Shown piece by piece: positions 28,950 to 38,489 of a stretch of 64,000 nt of DNA. This DNA is from Planctomycetota bacterium (GTDB lineage: Bacteria > Planctomycetota > B15-G4 > SIAN01). The number at the start of each line of letters is the position of its first letter. Position 1 is the stretch's first letter. The stretch lies in assembly GCA_031409275.1 (NCBI GenBank), contig JANNXA010000055.1, forward strand, positions 192,001 to 256,000, read 5' to 3'. The notes under the pieces are model-generated. The model saw only the letters and a list, made by a program, of their open reading frames with translations. It was not told where the DNA came from and searched no databases. Made by a program: the position numbers and the translations under genes.

Positions 28950-30017
28950 TCAGCTGTCGTCGCCGCTCGGAAGCACCTGGCTGTAGAGGTGGAGCTGGCT
29001 CAGGAACTCGAAAGTGCCGCGGGCAACGCAAGTCAGCGGGTCCGGAGCGATGCGCACGGGAAGCTGGACCGCGTCCTGGATCGCGACGTCCATCTTGCGC
29101 AGCAGGGCACCACCGCCGGCGAGCGTGATGCCGGTTCGAACCAGGTCGGCCGACAACTCCGGCGGCGTCTTCTCGAGCGTCCGGCGAACGGCCGCGACGA
29201 TCTGCTTCACGGGCTCGGAGAGGGCGACGCGAATCTCTTCGGACCGCACCATCGTGCGGCGCGGCAACCCAGAAATGGTGTCGCGGCCCGCGACCTCCAT
29301 CTCCATTTCCTGCTCGAGCGCTGCCGCGCTGCCGATCTCGAGCTTCACGCGCTCGGCGGTCGGCTCGCCGATCATCAGATTGTGCTCGCGCCGCATGTAC
29401 TCGCAGATCGAGGCGTCGAACTCATCGCCTGCGACGCGGATCGACTCGGCATGCACGAGACCGAACAACGAGATCACGGCAACCTCGGTCGTGCCGCCAC
29501 CGATGTCGACGATCATGCTGGCGACGGGCTCGGCGATCGGCAGGCCCGCGCCAATGCCGGCCGCGATCGGCTCCTCGACCAGGTAGACCTTGCGAGCGCC
29601 GGCACGCTCCGCCGAGTTGATGACGGCGCGCCGCTCGACCGCCGTGATGCCCGACGGGATCGACACGACGATGCGCGGGCGCACGAACGAACGCCCCTTG
29701 TGCACCTTGCGGATGAAGTACCGCAGCATCTTCTCGGTGATCTCGAAGTCGGCGATCACGCCGTTGCGCAGCGGTCGGATCGCCTCGATGTTGCCCGGCG
29801 TCTTGCCGAGCATCTCTTTGGCGGCGAGTCCCACGGCGTTGCCGTCGAGGAGCACCTCGTTGGTGCCCTTCTTCACCGCGACGACGCTCGGCTCCGAAAT
29901 CACGATTCCGTGGTCCTTGATGCAGACCAACGTGTTCGCGGTTCCGAGGTCGATTCCCATGTCGTGCGAGAAGCGTCCAATCAACCACTCGATCGGCCGC
30001 AAGAAAGCTTGGCTCAT
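28950..30017 (-). CDS. mreB: Actin-like rod shape-determining protein
   Basis: MGIDLGTANT, EPSVVA, IRPLRNGVIADF, EEPIAAGIGAGLPI, VDIGGGTTEVAVISL, LAGGGALL, PLTCVARG. Confidence 0.98.
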   Translation of the reverse strand: MSQAFLRPIEWLIGRFSHDMGIDLGTANTLVCIKDHGIVISEPSVVAVKKGTNEVLLDGNAVGLAAKEMLGKTPGNIEAIRPLRNGVIADFEITEKMLRYFIRKVHKGRSFVRPRIVVSIPSGITAVERRAVINSAERAGARKVYLVEEPIAAGIGAGLPIAEPVASMIVDIGGGTTEVAVISLFGLVHAESIRVAGDEFDASICEYMRREHNLMIGEPTAERVKLEIGSAAALEQEMEMEVAGRDTISGLPRRTMVRSEEIRVALSEPVKQIVAAVRRTLEKTPPELSADLVRTGITLAGGGALLRKMDVAIQDAVQLPVRIAPDPLTCVARGTFEFLSQLHLYSQVLPSGDDS

Positions 30018-30082
30018 GGACCTACCGCCATCCCTTCGCGCGCGGGGCAATTCCCCGCATTCCCGCCGGCTCTCACCGTCCG

Positions 30083-30122
30083 ATAACGAAGCGGGCCGCC
30101 GTCCCTGAGGACCGCGGCCCGC
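30083..30122 (-). terminator. Putative intrinsic terminator/attenuator hairpin between the small membrane gene and mreB
   Basis: Inverted repeat GCGGGCCGC..GTCC-CTGA-GGAC..GCGGCCCGC (30091-30122) followed on the minus strand by TTCGTTAT (weak U-tract). Confidence 0.45.
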
Positions 30123-30233
30123 GCAAGTCACATGCTTGTTTCGGGTGCCGCCGGCCCAGTACGGCCGGCATTCAAGCGCCCAGACCCACCATCGAATAGG
30201 GCCAGGAAAGCCCGACTTCGCGACCCGTCACCG

Positions 30234-30419
30234 TCAGACGAAGAGTCCGGTCCCGAAGTACTTCTTCATCGCGAGCTGCGCGAGGATGACCCCCACCAGC
30301 AGCGCGGCGAAGGTGACGAAGGCCAACCCCCCGGTGAGATCCATCTCCTTCGGAGCCGTAGGCTCCGATTGGAGGTCGTTCTGCTCTTCCATCTTCGCGG
30401 CCGACGTGCGCTTGGCCAT
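30234..30419 (-). CDS. Small single-pass membrane protein (61 aa)
   Basis: GGAG RBS upstream, one hydrophobic helix (GGLAFVTFAALLVGVILAQLAM), same strand as neighbours. Confidence 0.65.
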   Translation of the reverse strand: MAKRTSAAKMEEQNDLQSEPTAPKEMDLTGGLAFVTFAALLVGVILAQLAMKKYFGTGLFV

Positions 30420-30484
30420 GTCAGGCGTCTCCGGTCAATCGAGTGCAGGAGTGGTTTCGATCCGGTGGACAGCAACCGGTCGGC

Positions 30485-31336
30485 TCAGAGCCGGGTGGTC
30501 GCCGTGTCCATGGCCTGGAACTCGAGGCCGCCCTTGTTCTTCATCTGGACGCGGGCCGTCGAGGTGTCCGGAAGGACGTTCTCGACCACGACGCGACCGA
30601 TGTAGCTGTTGCCGCGGTAGACGTCGAAGGGGAAGCCGACCTTCACGCCCTCGTTCTCACCCACCGACAGGACGACGAACCCGGAGCCGACCGCGCTGAC
30701 CTTGCCAGCGATGGAGGGGACCGCGTTGCCGACCAGGGCGCCGATGTCGACGCCGGCAGCCACGAGCGCGGCGCGCTCCGCCTGGAGGTTGCCGATCTCG
30801 TCGCCCTGCTTGGCAAGCTGCATTTCCTTCGCCGCGATGTCCTCGTTGGCGCGCTTCAGATCCCCCTCGAGGCGGGCGCGATCATCCTGCGCGTTCAGCT
30901 TGTCCTGCTCCGCCTTCGCGGTCGTCGCACGGTGCTGATCGTTGGAGTCCATCAGCGCCTTGTTGCGCGCCTCGACATCCGAGAGCTGGGTTTCGACGAC
31001 CTTCAGCGACGCGGCGTTCGCGTCGACCGAGTTGCGCAGCTGGTTGTTGTCGTTGCGCAGCTGATCGACCGAGGCATTCGCCGTCGCGAGCTCGGCACTG
31101 CGATCGGCCAACTGGTTGGTCAGATCGCGATTGCGCGACTCGAAGTTGTTCTTGTCAGAGACAGCAGTGTCGACGTCCTTCTGCTTCGCAGTGACGTCGT
31201 TCTGACGATCCATCTGCTCCTTCTCGAACCTGGCCTTGTAGTCCTCGCTCTTCGACAGGATCGAGCCGATCGTGCCGACCATGACGAGGGAGAAGACGAG
31301 GTTGAGGACCGTGAAGACCTTTGCGATGGTGCTCAT
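30485..31336 (-). CDS. Membrane-anchored coiled-coil protein with C-terminal beta domain
   Basis: MSTIAKVFTVLNLVFSLVMVG anchor, long heptad-rich region, C-terminal GKVSAV..VVLSVGENEGVKVG..FDVYRG..IGRVVV; AGAGGA RBS. Confidence 0.8.
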   Translation of the reverse strand: MSTIAKVFTVLNLVFSLVMVGTIGSILSKSEDYKARFEKEQMDRQNDVTAKQKDVDTAVSDKNNFESRNRDLTNQLADRSAELATANASVDQLRNDNNQLRNSVDANAASLKVVETQLSDVEARNKALMDSNDQHRATTAKAEQDKLNAQDDRARLEGDLKRANEDIAAKEMQLAKQGDEIGNLQAERAALVAAGVDIGALVGNAVPSIAGKVSAVGSGFVVLSVGENEGVKVGFPFDVYRGNSYIGRVVVENVLPDTSTARVQMKNKGGLEFQAMDTATTRL

Positions 31337-31485
31337 CAGCCTTGATTCCTCTGGCAGCGTGAGCGCGCAGGGCACCGCAGCCCAACGCGCGATCCGAGCG
31401 AGCCACTCCACGCATCTGTCAAGATGCGGGCCACGACACCCAACCCCTTTACGTCGCCAGGGTTAGAGCCGTGGAAAGGGGCGGG

Positions 31486-31513
31486 ACTATAGGGCGCCCG
31501 GAAAAGCTGTCAA
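31486..31513 (-). promoter_or_regulatory. Near-consensus sigma70 promoter
   Basis: Minus strand TTGACA-N16-TATAGT in an intergenic region about 150 bp upstream of the coiled-coil gene. Confidence 0.65.
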
Positions 31514-31561
31514 ACAGTCTTTGCCAGGGGTCTGACAGGGCCCCGCCCCACGAGCGGCCCT

Positions 31562-33160
31562 TCAGTTCGCGGAATGTAGGGCGGTGCTCCGGCGAGGTAA
31601 CCGCGCGACGCTGCACAACAGCGCCAGCGCCACCGAAAGCCATGGCAGCCAGTCGCCGAAACGGACGTAGAGCGTGAGGCCGGTCGCGATCGGCGGCGCA
31701 ACCACGATGCTGCCGGCGAAGCCGTCGCGCCGCCCCGCCTGTTCGAGCCAGCTCGGCCGCCCCCAGGGATCGATCCAGCCGCTCGTCCCGGTGTTGGCGC
31801 AGCGCAGCAGACTGCGGCGCGCCTCGACGGCGCGCACGACCGCCATCGCGGAGTACTGGTCGAACTCGGAGCTGTCGGGGAACCACCCTTCGTTCGAAAG
31901 GTTGAGCAGGAAGTCGGCCCCCTCCGCCACCAGCGCGCGTCCGGGTGCCGGGTAGGCGATCTCGTAGCAGATGGTCAAGCCGACGCGGGTCGCAAGACCG
32001 ACCGATCCAAGGTCCACGAGCCCCGGGCGCTCGCCGGCGAGGAGGTTTGGAACGCCGCCTGCCATCGCCACGATCTGGCGCCGGATCGCCGCGGCCACGC
32101 TCTCGGGAAACGCATCGATCCACGGCACGTACTCGCCGCCGGGCACGCGCAGGCGCTTGTCGTACGCCGCGACCTGGCGACCGTCGCGATCGAACAACAG
32201 CGCGGAGTTGAGGAAGGGGGTCGTCGGCAGCCATTCCTTGGCGAGCAGCGTGACGGCACCGGCGAGCAGCGGCTTTCCGTAGCGCTGGGTCATGCGCTCG
32301 TGGATGCGATCGGCGAGGACGGCGCGCAGTTGCGCCAGTTGCTGTTCCTCGCCTGGAAAGGGGCCGTCGCTCGCGCGCCATAGGCCGGGAAGCATCGTTT
32401 CCGGCCAGACGAGCAGATCGCAGCTGCTGGCCGCTGCCGCTCGATCGGCGACCTCCACATGGGCATCGATCATCACGTCAAGCGACGGCGGACGGTTCTT
32501 CAGCTGCTGCTCGATGTTCGCTTGCAGCAACAGGAGGCGCGGCCCGCGCGGCAGGTCGGCCGTCGTCCCGAGCGTCGTGCGTCCGTACCACTCCGCCGCC
32601 CCGAGCAACGCCACCGCCGCGAACGCGCCAACCACGGCGCCGCGGCGCCGACGCTCCAACGCATGCGCGAGCGCGCCCGCGACCATCGCCAGCATGAAGG
32701 TCAGTCCGTGGACGCCGGCCACGCTGGCGAACTGCAGCACACCGAGGTGCGCGTGCTGCGTCGAGCCGAGCGAGAGCCACGGGAATCCGTCGAGCGGCAA
32801 TCGACCGCGCGCAAACTCGACGCTAGTGAACGCCAGCGGCAGCGCGATCCAGGCGGGCCACTGCTGGACCACCTGCAGCCGGCGCAGCAGCAGCGCGAAG
32901 AGCCCGAAGAAGAGCGACTCGGGCAACACCATCAGCACGAGGTTCAGCGGATGGCTCTTGCGCAGCCAGAAGCAGCCAACGGTGAAGATGGCGGCCCCGA
33001 TGAGGTAGGCGAATCCGAAGAGGCGCCGCCCGCTGAGGCGTCGCACCAGTGCCGGCCACGGCGTCAGCGCGATCGCGGCGAGCCACCCGAAATCGAGCGG
33101 CGCGAAGGCCGCGACGTAGGACGCGAACGCCGCGACGGCGAGCAGGAGCAACGCGCTCAT
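31562..33160 (-). CDS. lnt: Apolipoprotein N-acyltransferase
   Basis: TM N-terminus, GFPWLSLG, QANI, VWPET, YDK.LRVPGGEYVP, ICYEI, NLSNEGWF, RAVE.R, RCANTGTS. Confidence 0.93.
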   Translation of the reverse strand: MSALLLLAVAAFASYVAAFAPLDFGWLAAIALTPWPALVRRLSGRRLFGFAYLIGAAIFTVGCFWLRKSHPLNLVLMVLPESLFFGLFALLLRRLQVVQQWPAWIALPLAFTSVEFARGRLPLDGFPWLSLGSTQHAHLGVLQFASVAGVHGLTFMLAMVAGALAHALERRRRGAVVGAFAAVALLGAAEWYGRTTLGTTADLPRGPRLLLLQANIEQQLKNRPPSLDVMIDAHVEVADRAAAASSCDLLVWPETMLPGLWRASDGPFPGEEQQLAQLRAVLADRIHERMTQRYGKPLLAGAVTLLAKEWLPTTPFLNSALLFDRDGRQVAAYDKRLRVPGGEYVPWIDAFPESVAAAIRRQIVAMAGGVPNLLAGERPGLVDLGSVGLATRVGLTICYEIAYPAPGRALVAEGADFLLNLSNEGWFPDSSEFDQYSAMAVVRAVEARRSLLRCANTGTSGWIDPWGRPSWLEQAGRRDGFAGSIVVAPPIATGLTLYVRFGDWLPWLSVALALLCSVARLPRRSTALHSAN

Positions 33161-34392
33161 TCGATCGGCTCCTTGGCGCGCGGCCAGCCATCCGCTCGAT
33201 CGACGAGCGGCACGACCCGAACGTCCTCGCCCAGCGACCGCTGCTCGCCGCGCGGTAACTGGATCAGCGCGGCAGCCCCGGCGATCGCCACCAGGTCCCC
33301 TGAGCCGCTCCATCGCAGCGGCGCCGCCGTGACCCGTCCGTCGCCGCTCGCCTCGTAACGCGCCACCTGCAGCAGGTCGCGCTCGGCCGGAGCCTTGAGC
33401 GCGCTCGCAAGCGGCAGCGTCTGCGCGACGGGCCACACGGCGCGCGCACCGGCCATCCGCTCGATCAGCGGTCGCACCAGCAGTTCGAAGGTGACAAAGG
33501 CCGAGACCGGGTTGCCGGGCAGGCAGAAGATCACCCGATGGCCCCACGTCGCAAGGATGACCGGCTTGCCCGGCTTGATGCGCACGCCATCGAAGCGGAC
33601 GGTGGCGCCGAGCGACGCCAGCACGTCGTGGGCGAAGTCGAAGTCACCGACCGAGGAGCCGCCGGTCAGCAGCAGCAGGTCGGCGTCGCCCGCGGCGAGC
33701 GCCGCTGCGACGATCGCGGCCGGCTCGTCGCGAGTGATCGGCAGCATCTGCGCGACGCCGCCGGCGCTTCGCGTCTGCGCCGCGAGCCCGTGGCGGTTCG
33801 ACTCGCGAATCTGCGCCGCGCGCGGGACTTGCGCGATCTCGACCAGCTCGTCTCCGGTGGCCAGCAAGGCCACCCGCGGACGACGCGTCACCTCCACTTC
33901 GACGCACCCGAGGGTCGCGAGCAACGGCACCATCGCCGACGTGACGCGAGTGCCCGCCGCGAGCGGTCGATCGCCACGCCGCAAGTCGTTCGCGCGCGGA
34001 TGGACGTTCTGTCCCGGCGTCGCGCGGTGCCGGAAGCGGACGCTGTCGGCGTCGGCCGTCGCCTCTTCGATCGGGATCACGGCATCGGCGCCGCTCGGCA
34101 GCGGCGCCCCGGTCATGATGCGAATCGCGTGGCCTGGAGCGACGAGCGCGTCGCTCGCCTGGCCTGCCGCCACGGCCGCCACGACCCTCAGCGGCGATTC
34201 GGGGATGACGTCGCCCGCGCGAACGGCGAAGCCATCCATGGTCACGCGATGGAACGGCGGCAGGTCGAGGTCGCTGGCGGGCGCCGCGGCCAGCGTGCGC
34301 CCCACCGCATCGGCCAGCGCCACTCGCTCCGACGGGAGAGCTGCGAGCGTCAGCGCCGCGATCCGTCGTTGCGCCTCGATCCGAGCGATCAT
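33157..34392 (-). CDS. moeA: Molybdopterin molybdotransferase
   Basis: DLPPFHRVTMDGFAV, IMTGAPLP.GADAV, TGDEL, TGGSSVGDFD, IKPGKP, LPGNPVS. Confidence 0.95.
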   Translation of the reverse strand: MIARIEAQRRIAALTLAALPSERVALADAVGRTLAAAPASDLDLPPFHRVTMDGFAVRAGDVIPESPLRVVAAVAAGQASDALVAPGHAIRIMTGAPLPSGADAVIPIEEATADADSVRFRHRATPGQNVHPRANDLRRGDRPLAAGTRVTSAMVPLLATLGCVEVEVTRRPRVALLATGDELVEIAQVPRAAQIRESNRHGLAAQTRSAGGVAQMLPITRDEPAAIVAAALAAGDADLLLLTGGSSVGDFDFAHDVLASLGATVRFDGVRIKPGKPVILATWGHRVIFCLPGNPVSAFVTFELLVRPLIERMAGARAVWPVAQTLPLASALKAPAERDLLQVARYEASGDGRVTAAPLRWSGSGDLVAIAGAAALIQLPRGEQRSLGEDVRVVPLVDRADGWPRAKEPIE

Positions 34393-34539
34393 TTCGCCTC
34401 CCCTGCCCACGACCCCAGCACGCGCGAATGCGGCGCGGGGCGCGATCTTGCCATGGCGCGCTCGTGGCCCCGACAAGGGAGTCGCGGGCCACTGGAAATG
34501 GCGCGCTCGGTCGCTATGGTTCCCCGCCTTCTCTCGGGT

Positions 34540-34615
<76 letters not shown>

Positions 34616-34630
34616 ACTTAGAACGTGGCT

Positions 34631-34678
34631 CGGGCGGTCAGCGGTCCTTACCGGAACGTTGACCGCCCGTTTTCTTTT
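34631..34678 (+). terminator. Intrinsic terminator after tRNA-Ala
   Basis: CGGGCGGTCAGCG...CGTTGACCGCCCG stem followed by TTTTCTTTT. Confidence 0.85.
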
Positions 34679-34707
34679 CGCGACGCCGCACGCTCGCGAG
34701 CGAGCGC

Positions 34708-34920
34708 TCAGCCGGCCGACTGGAACTCGTCGAGCCAGGCCATCTGGATCGCTTCCAGGACCTTCTCATTCGACTTCTTCGGATCGCCGACGAAGCCGGG
34801 CAGCGCGCAGACCTGACGGTGCAGGTCGGTGAAGCGGACGGTGAGCGGATCGACGGTCGGCTGGGCGGCATGCAACTGCAGGCCGATCTCTTCGAGGTCC
34901 TTCCAGTCGAGCTTCGTCAT
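34708..34920 (-). CDS. iscX: IscX (YfhJ) domain, possibly also translated separately from an internal RBS
   Basis: [66 protein letters not shown] matches the IscX pattern; AAGGAG lies 6 nt upstream of ATG 34920. Confidence 0.85.
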   Translation of the reverse strand: MTKLDWKDLEEIGLQLHAAQPTVDPLTVRFTDLHRQVCALPGFVGDPKKSNEKVLEAIQMAWLDEFQSAG

Positions 34921-36945
34921 GGCCATCTCCTTCTTGGGCGCCGGCGCGGCGCGGAAGCCGTCGCCAAGATCGCCGCACTCCTCGCTGCGAGCCGGCTGCG
35001 AACCGGCGATGCGGACGAGCGCGCGGGCGATCGGGGTTGCGCTGGTCAACGTCGGGCTCGCGCGCGTTGCGACGGCGGGCCGCGGCACCGCCTTGTCGGC
35101 CAGAACCTCGGCCACGGTCCGGCCGGCAATGGCCTGCGTGGCGACCTCCGACATGACGTTGCTGGCCAGCGGCACCGTCGCCTCGACGAAGCGGTCGTAG
35201 GCGGCCTTCAGCTCCTTCACCGTCCCACGCCCGATCCGCGCCTCGACGTCCGCGAGTGCCGTCTCGATCACGGCGAGCGCCGCTGCGTCGAGCCCATGCG
35301 CGCCGGCACGCAGCACGCCCCGCGTCGCGGCGAGCATCGTCTTGCACTCGTTCTCCAGGTCGATGCGCTGGTGCGCTTCGAAGTCCTGGCGCGCGAAACG
35401 GAACGACTCGTCGACCATCCGCGCCACTTCGCCGTCGGTGAGCCCGTAGGAAGGCACCACCTCGATCGAAGACTCGATGCCGGTGAAGCGCTCCTTCGCG
35501 TGGACGGTGAGCACGCCGTTCTCGTCGATCAGGAACTGCACATCGACGCGCACCATGCCGGCGGGAAGCGGCGGCAATCCGCGCAACTTGAAGCGGCCGA
35601 GGCTGCGGCAATCGGCGACGAGCTCGCGCTCGCCCTGCACGACATGCAGGTCGATGGCCGTCTGGTTTGCGACGTGAGTCGTGAACGTGTCGGACGCCTG
35701 CGTCGGGATCGGCGTGTTGCGCATCACGACCTTGGCAGCCGCGCCGCCGTAGGTCTCGATCCCCAGCGACAGCGGAATCACATCGAGCAGCAGCAGGTCG
35801 CGCGCGCCGCCGGCGACGATGTCCGCCTGGACCGCCGCGCCGAGCGCGACCACGAGGTCGGGATCGATCCCCGCGTACGGCTTGCGAGCGAAGAACTGCT
35901 CGACGCGCGCGCGAACGAGCGGCACTCGCGTCGAGCCGCCGACGAGCACCACCGCGCGCACGTCCTTCACCGCGAGGTCGCCATCGACGAGCGCGCGCCG
36001 GCAGCAGGCGAGGGTCCGCTCGAGCTCGGGCGCGATGAGCTCCTCGAACTCGGCGCGCGTGAGCGTGTCTTCGAGCGCGAGCCCGCGCCGATCGTCCGCC
36101 ACGCCCCACGCCACGCTCGTCGCGCTCGACAGCTCGATCTTGGCCTGCTCTGCGGCGAGCTTCGCGGCCTGCAGCAGCGAGGCATCGGGCGCGACGCCCG
36201 CCGGCAGCTTCGCGAGCAGGCGATCGACGAGCTTGCGGTCGAAGTCGTCGCCGCCAAGCTGCGTGTCCCCGGCAGTCGCGCGCACGCGGAAGATGCCGTC
36301 ACGGATCTCGAGCACGGAAACGTCGAAGGTCCCGCCGCCAAGGTCATAGACGACGACGGAGCCCTCCTTGGTGCGATCGAGCCCGTAAGCGAGCGCCGCA
36401 GCCGTCGGCTCGTTCACGATGCGCACGACTTCGAGTCCGGCGAGCTTGCCGGCGAGCCGCGTCGCCTGCCGCTGCGCATCGTCGAAGTAGGCGGGGACCG
36501 TGATCACCGCCTTGCCGACCGGACGACCGAGGCTTCGCTCCGCGCGCCGTTTGAGGTCCTGCAAGATGCGCGCGGAGATCTCCTCCGGGGCGAACTCCTG
36601 CTCGCCGACGCGCACCTTCGCGAGGCCGCGCTCACCGGCGACCACCGCATAGGGCAACGCGGCGCGCTCGCCCGGCAGGAGGTCGGCAAGACTGCGCCCC
36701 ATCAACCGCTTGATCGACCACAACGTGGCGAGCGGATGCTCGATGGCCTGCGCGCGCGCGGCGCGGCCGACGAGGACGCTGCCATCGACGAAGCTCACCA
36801 CGGAGGGCACGATCGGATCGCCGCTCTCGTCGCGCAGCACCTGCGGACCATCCTTGCCGAAGAAGGCGACGAGGCTGTTGGTGGTTCCCAGATCGATGCC
36901 GACGATCGGCTCCGGGCCGCCCGTTGCGTGCTCTGCCGCGTTCAC
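34708..36945 (-). CDS. hscA: Fe-S chaperone HscA (Hsp70) with in-frame C-terminal IscX domain
   Basis: [84 protein letters not shown]; isc context; last 70 aa are IscX-like. Confidence 0.92.
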   Translation of the reverse strand: MNAAEHATGGPEPIVGIDLGTTNSLVAFFGKDGPQVLRDESGDPIVPSVVSFVDGSVLVGRAARAQAIEHPLATLWSIKRLMGRSLADLLPGERAALPYAVVAGERGLAKVRVGEQEFAPEEISARILQDLKRRAERSLGRPVGKAVITVPAYFDDAQRQATRLAGKLAGLEVVRIVNEPTAAALAYGLDRTKEGSVVVYDLGGGTFDVSVLEIRDGIFRVRATAGDTQLGGDDFDRKLVDRLLAKLPAGVAPDASLLQAAKLAAEQAKIELSSATSVAWGVADDRRGLALEDTLTRAEFEELIAPELERTLACCRRALVDGDLAVKDVRAVVLVGGSTRVPLVRARVEQFFARKPYAGIDPDLVVALGAAVQADIVAGGARDLLLLDVIPLSLGIETYGGAAAKVVMRNTPIPTQASDTFTTHVANQTAIDLHVVQGERELVADCRSLGRFKLRGLPPLPAGMVRVDVQFLIDENGVLTVHAKERFTGIESSIEVVPSYGLTDGEVARMVDESFRFARQDFEAHQRIDLENECKTMLAATRGVLRAGAHGLDAAALAVIETALADVEARIGRGTVKELKAAYDRFVEATVPLASNVMSEVATQAIAGRTVAEVLADKAVPRPAVATRASPTLTSATPIARALVRIAGSQPARSEECGDLGDGFRAAPAPKKEMAMTKLDWKDLEEIGLQLHAAQPTVDPLTVRFTDLHRQVCALPGFVGDPKKSNEKVLEAIQMAWLDEFQSAG

Positions 36946-37580
36946 GCCGACTCCTTGTCGCGCAGCCCATCGCGCAGGTCGCGCGCGAGGGTGCGGTAGT
37001 ACGCCATGCCGTTCAGTTCACGCCGCAGCGACGCCAGCAGCGTCGTGCGCTCTTCTGGAATCGCCGTCTCGAGCGCCGCAAAGCCGCGCGCCAGCGCCGC
37101 CTCCGCTTCGAGCCGTCGCGCCTCGAAGCGCGCGCGCAAGGCCTCCGCTGCGGCGCCGCCCTGCGCGATCGCGGCATCGACCGCATCACGCTCGTCGAGC
37201 ATCGCCTCGAGGAATCCCGCCGGCACCGACTTGTCCTGATTGGGCCCCGCCCCACCCAGGAGCGTCAACAGGTACTCGGCGCGCTTGTGCGCATCGCGCA
37301 GCACGCCGAACGCTTCATTGACCTGCGCCGCGCCGAGCACGGCACGAGCGCGGACGCCGGGCGCAGCGCCCGCGAGATCGGGATGGAGGTCGCGCGAAAA
37401 GGCGACCACCCGCCGATCGAGCAGCGCCTCGTCCAAGGCGAACTCGCGCGCAAGGCCAAGCGTCGCGAAGTGATCGCGACGTGGATCGTGCGGCTGGAAT
37501 GCGCCGCAAGCACGGCACCGCTGCGGATTCTCGAGCGGTGCGTGGCAGGCCGAACAGGAAGCGATGACGGCGACGTTCAT
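36942..37580 (-). CDS. hscB: Fe-S co-chaperone HscB (J-domain, N-terminal tetracysteine motif)
   Basis: CSAC..CRAC, DHFATLGL, LHPD, VNEAF..RAEYLL, FLEAML. Confidence 0.9.
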   Translation of the reverse strand: MNVAVIASCSACHAPLENPQRCRACGAFQPHDPRRDHFATLGLAREFALDEALLDRRVVAFSRDLHPDLAGAAPGVRARAVLGAAQVNEAFGVLRDAHKRAEYLLTLLGGAGPNQDKSVPAGFLEAMLDERDAVDAAIAQGGAAAEALRARFEARRLEAEAALARGFAALETAIPEERTTLLASLRRELNGMAYYRTLARDLRDGLRDKESA

Positions 37581-37617
37581 GGCGAGATCGACGGCGCAGG
37601 CCGGAGCGGAAGCCCCG

Positions 37618-38001
37618 TCACGCCGAGAACGACGCTCCGCAGCCGCAGCTCCCGGTGGAGCTTGGATTCTTGAAGACGAAGCCGCGCGACGTCAGGTCGT
37701 CGTTGAAGTCGACTTCGGTTCCTTCGAGGTAGAGGAAGCTCTTCGGGTCGACGAAGACGCGCAGGCCCGCCGACTCGAAGATCTCGTCGCCGCGCGCAGG
37801 ACGCGGCTCGAGGTTCATCACGTAGGAGAAGCCCGAGCAGCCGCCGCCCTTCACGCCGAGGCGCAAACCTGCCTCGACGCCGAGCTGCTTCTGCTCGAAC
37901 GCGCGACGCACCTCGCGGGCCGCCTTGTCGCTGACGGTGATGGTCGAAGAGGGCGTGCCCCCTGCCGGCGCATCGGTGGTTGCAGTCGCATCGGCTGCCA
38001 T
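37618..38001 (-). CDS. iscA: A-type Fe-S carrier (IscA/HesB)
   Basis: LRLGVKGGGCSGFSY, VDPKSFLYLEG, GFVFKNP, SCGCGASF. Confidence 0.93.
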   Translation of the reverse strand: MAADATATTDAPAGGTPSSTITVSDKAAREVRRAFEQKQLGVEAGLRLGVKGGGCSGFSYVMNLEPRPARGDEIFESAGLRVFVDPKSFLYLEGTEVDFNDDLTSRGFVFKNPSSTGSCGCGASFSA

Positions 38002-38005
38002 GAGA

Positions 38006-38437
38006 TCAGCTGCCCGTCTTCGCCGCGTCGGGCGTGCTCGCTGACCCCGCCGCGTGCGCCTGCTGCTTGCTCTGGTAGTCGGCGAGCGCTGCGCGGATCG
38101 CATCCTCGGCGAGCACCGAACAGTGGACCTTGACCGGCGGCAGCGCGAGTTCCTGCACGATGTCGACGTTGCGGATCTGCAGCGCCTGCTCCACCGTCCG
38201 CCCCTTCACCCATTCGGTGGCGAGGCTCGAAGACGCGATCGCGGAGCCGCAGCCGAAGGTCTTGAACTTGGCGTCCTCGATGACGCCCTTGTCGTTCACC
38301 TTGATCTGCAGTCGCATCACGTCGCCGCATTCAGGCGCGCCGACCACCCCGGTCCCGACATCCGCGGCGCTCTTGTCGAGCGAGCCGATGTTGCGCGGGT
38401 TGTTGTAGTGATCGAGGACCTTGTCGCTGTAGGCCAT
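38006..38437 (-). CDS. iscU: Fe-S scaffold protein
   Basis: MAYSDKVLDHYNNPRN, GAPECGDVM, KTFGCGSAIASSS, LPPVKVHCS. Confidence 0.98.
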   Translation of the reverse strand: MAYSDKVLDHYNNPRNIGSLDKSAADVGTGVVGAPECGDVMRLQIKVNDKGVIEDAKFKTFGCGSAIASSSLATEWVKGRTVEQALQIRNVDIVQELALPPVKVHCSVLAEDAIRAALADYQSKQQAHAAGSASTPDAAKTGS

Positions 38438-38489
38438 GGTCTTGTCCTTGCGCGCGGCACGAGGTCGCGCGATGGGTGGATCGGTCGTT

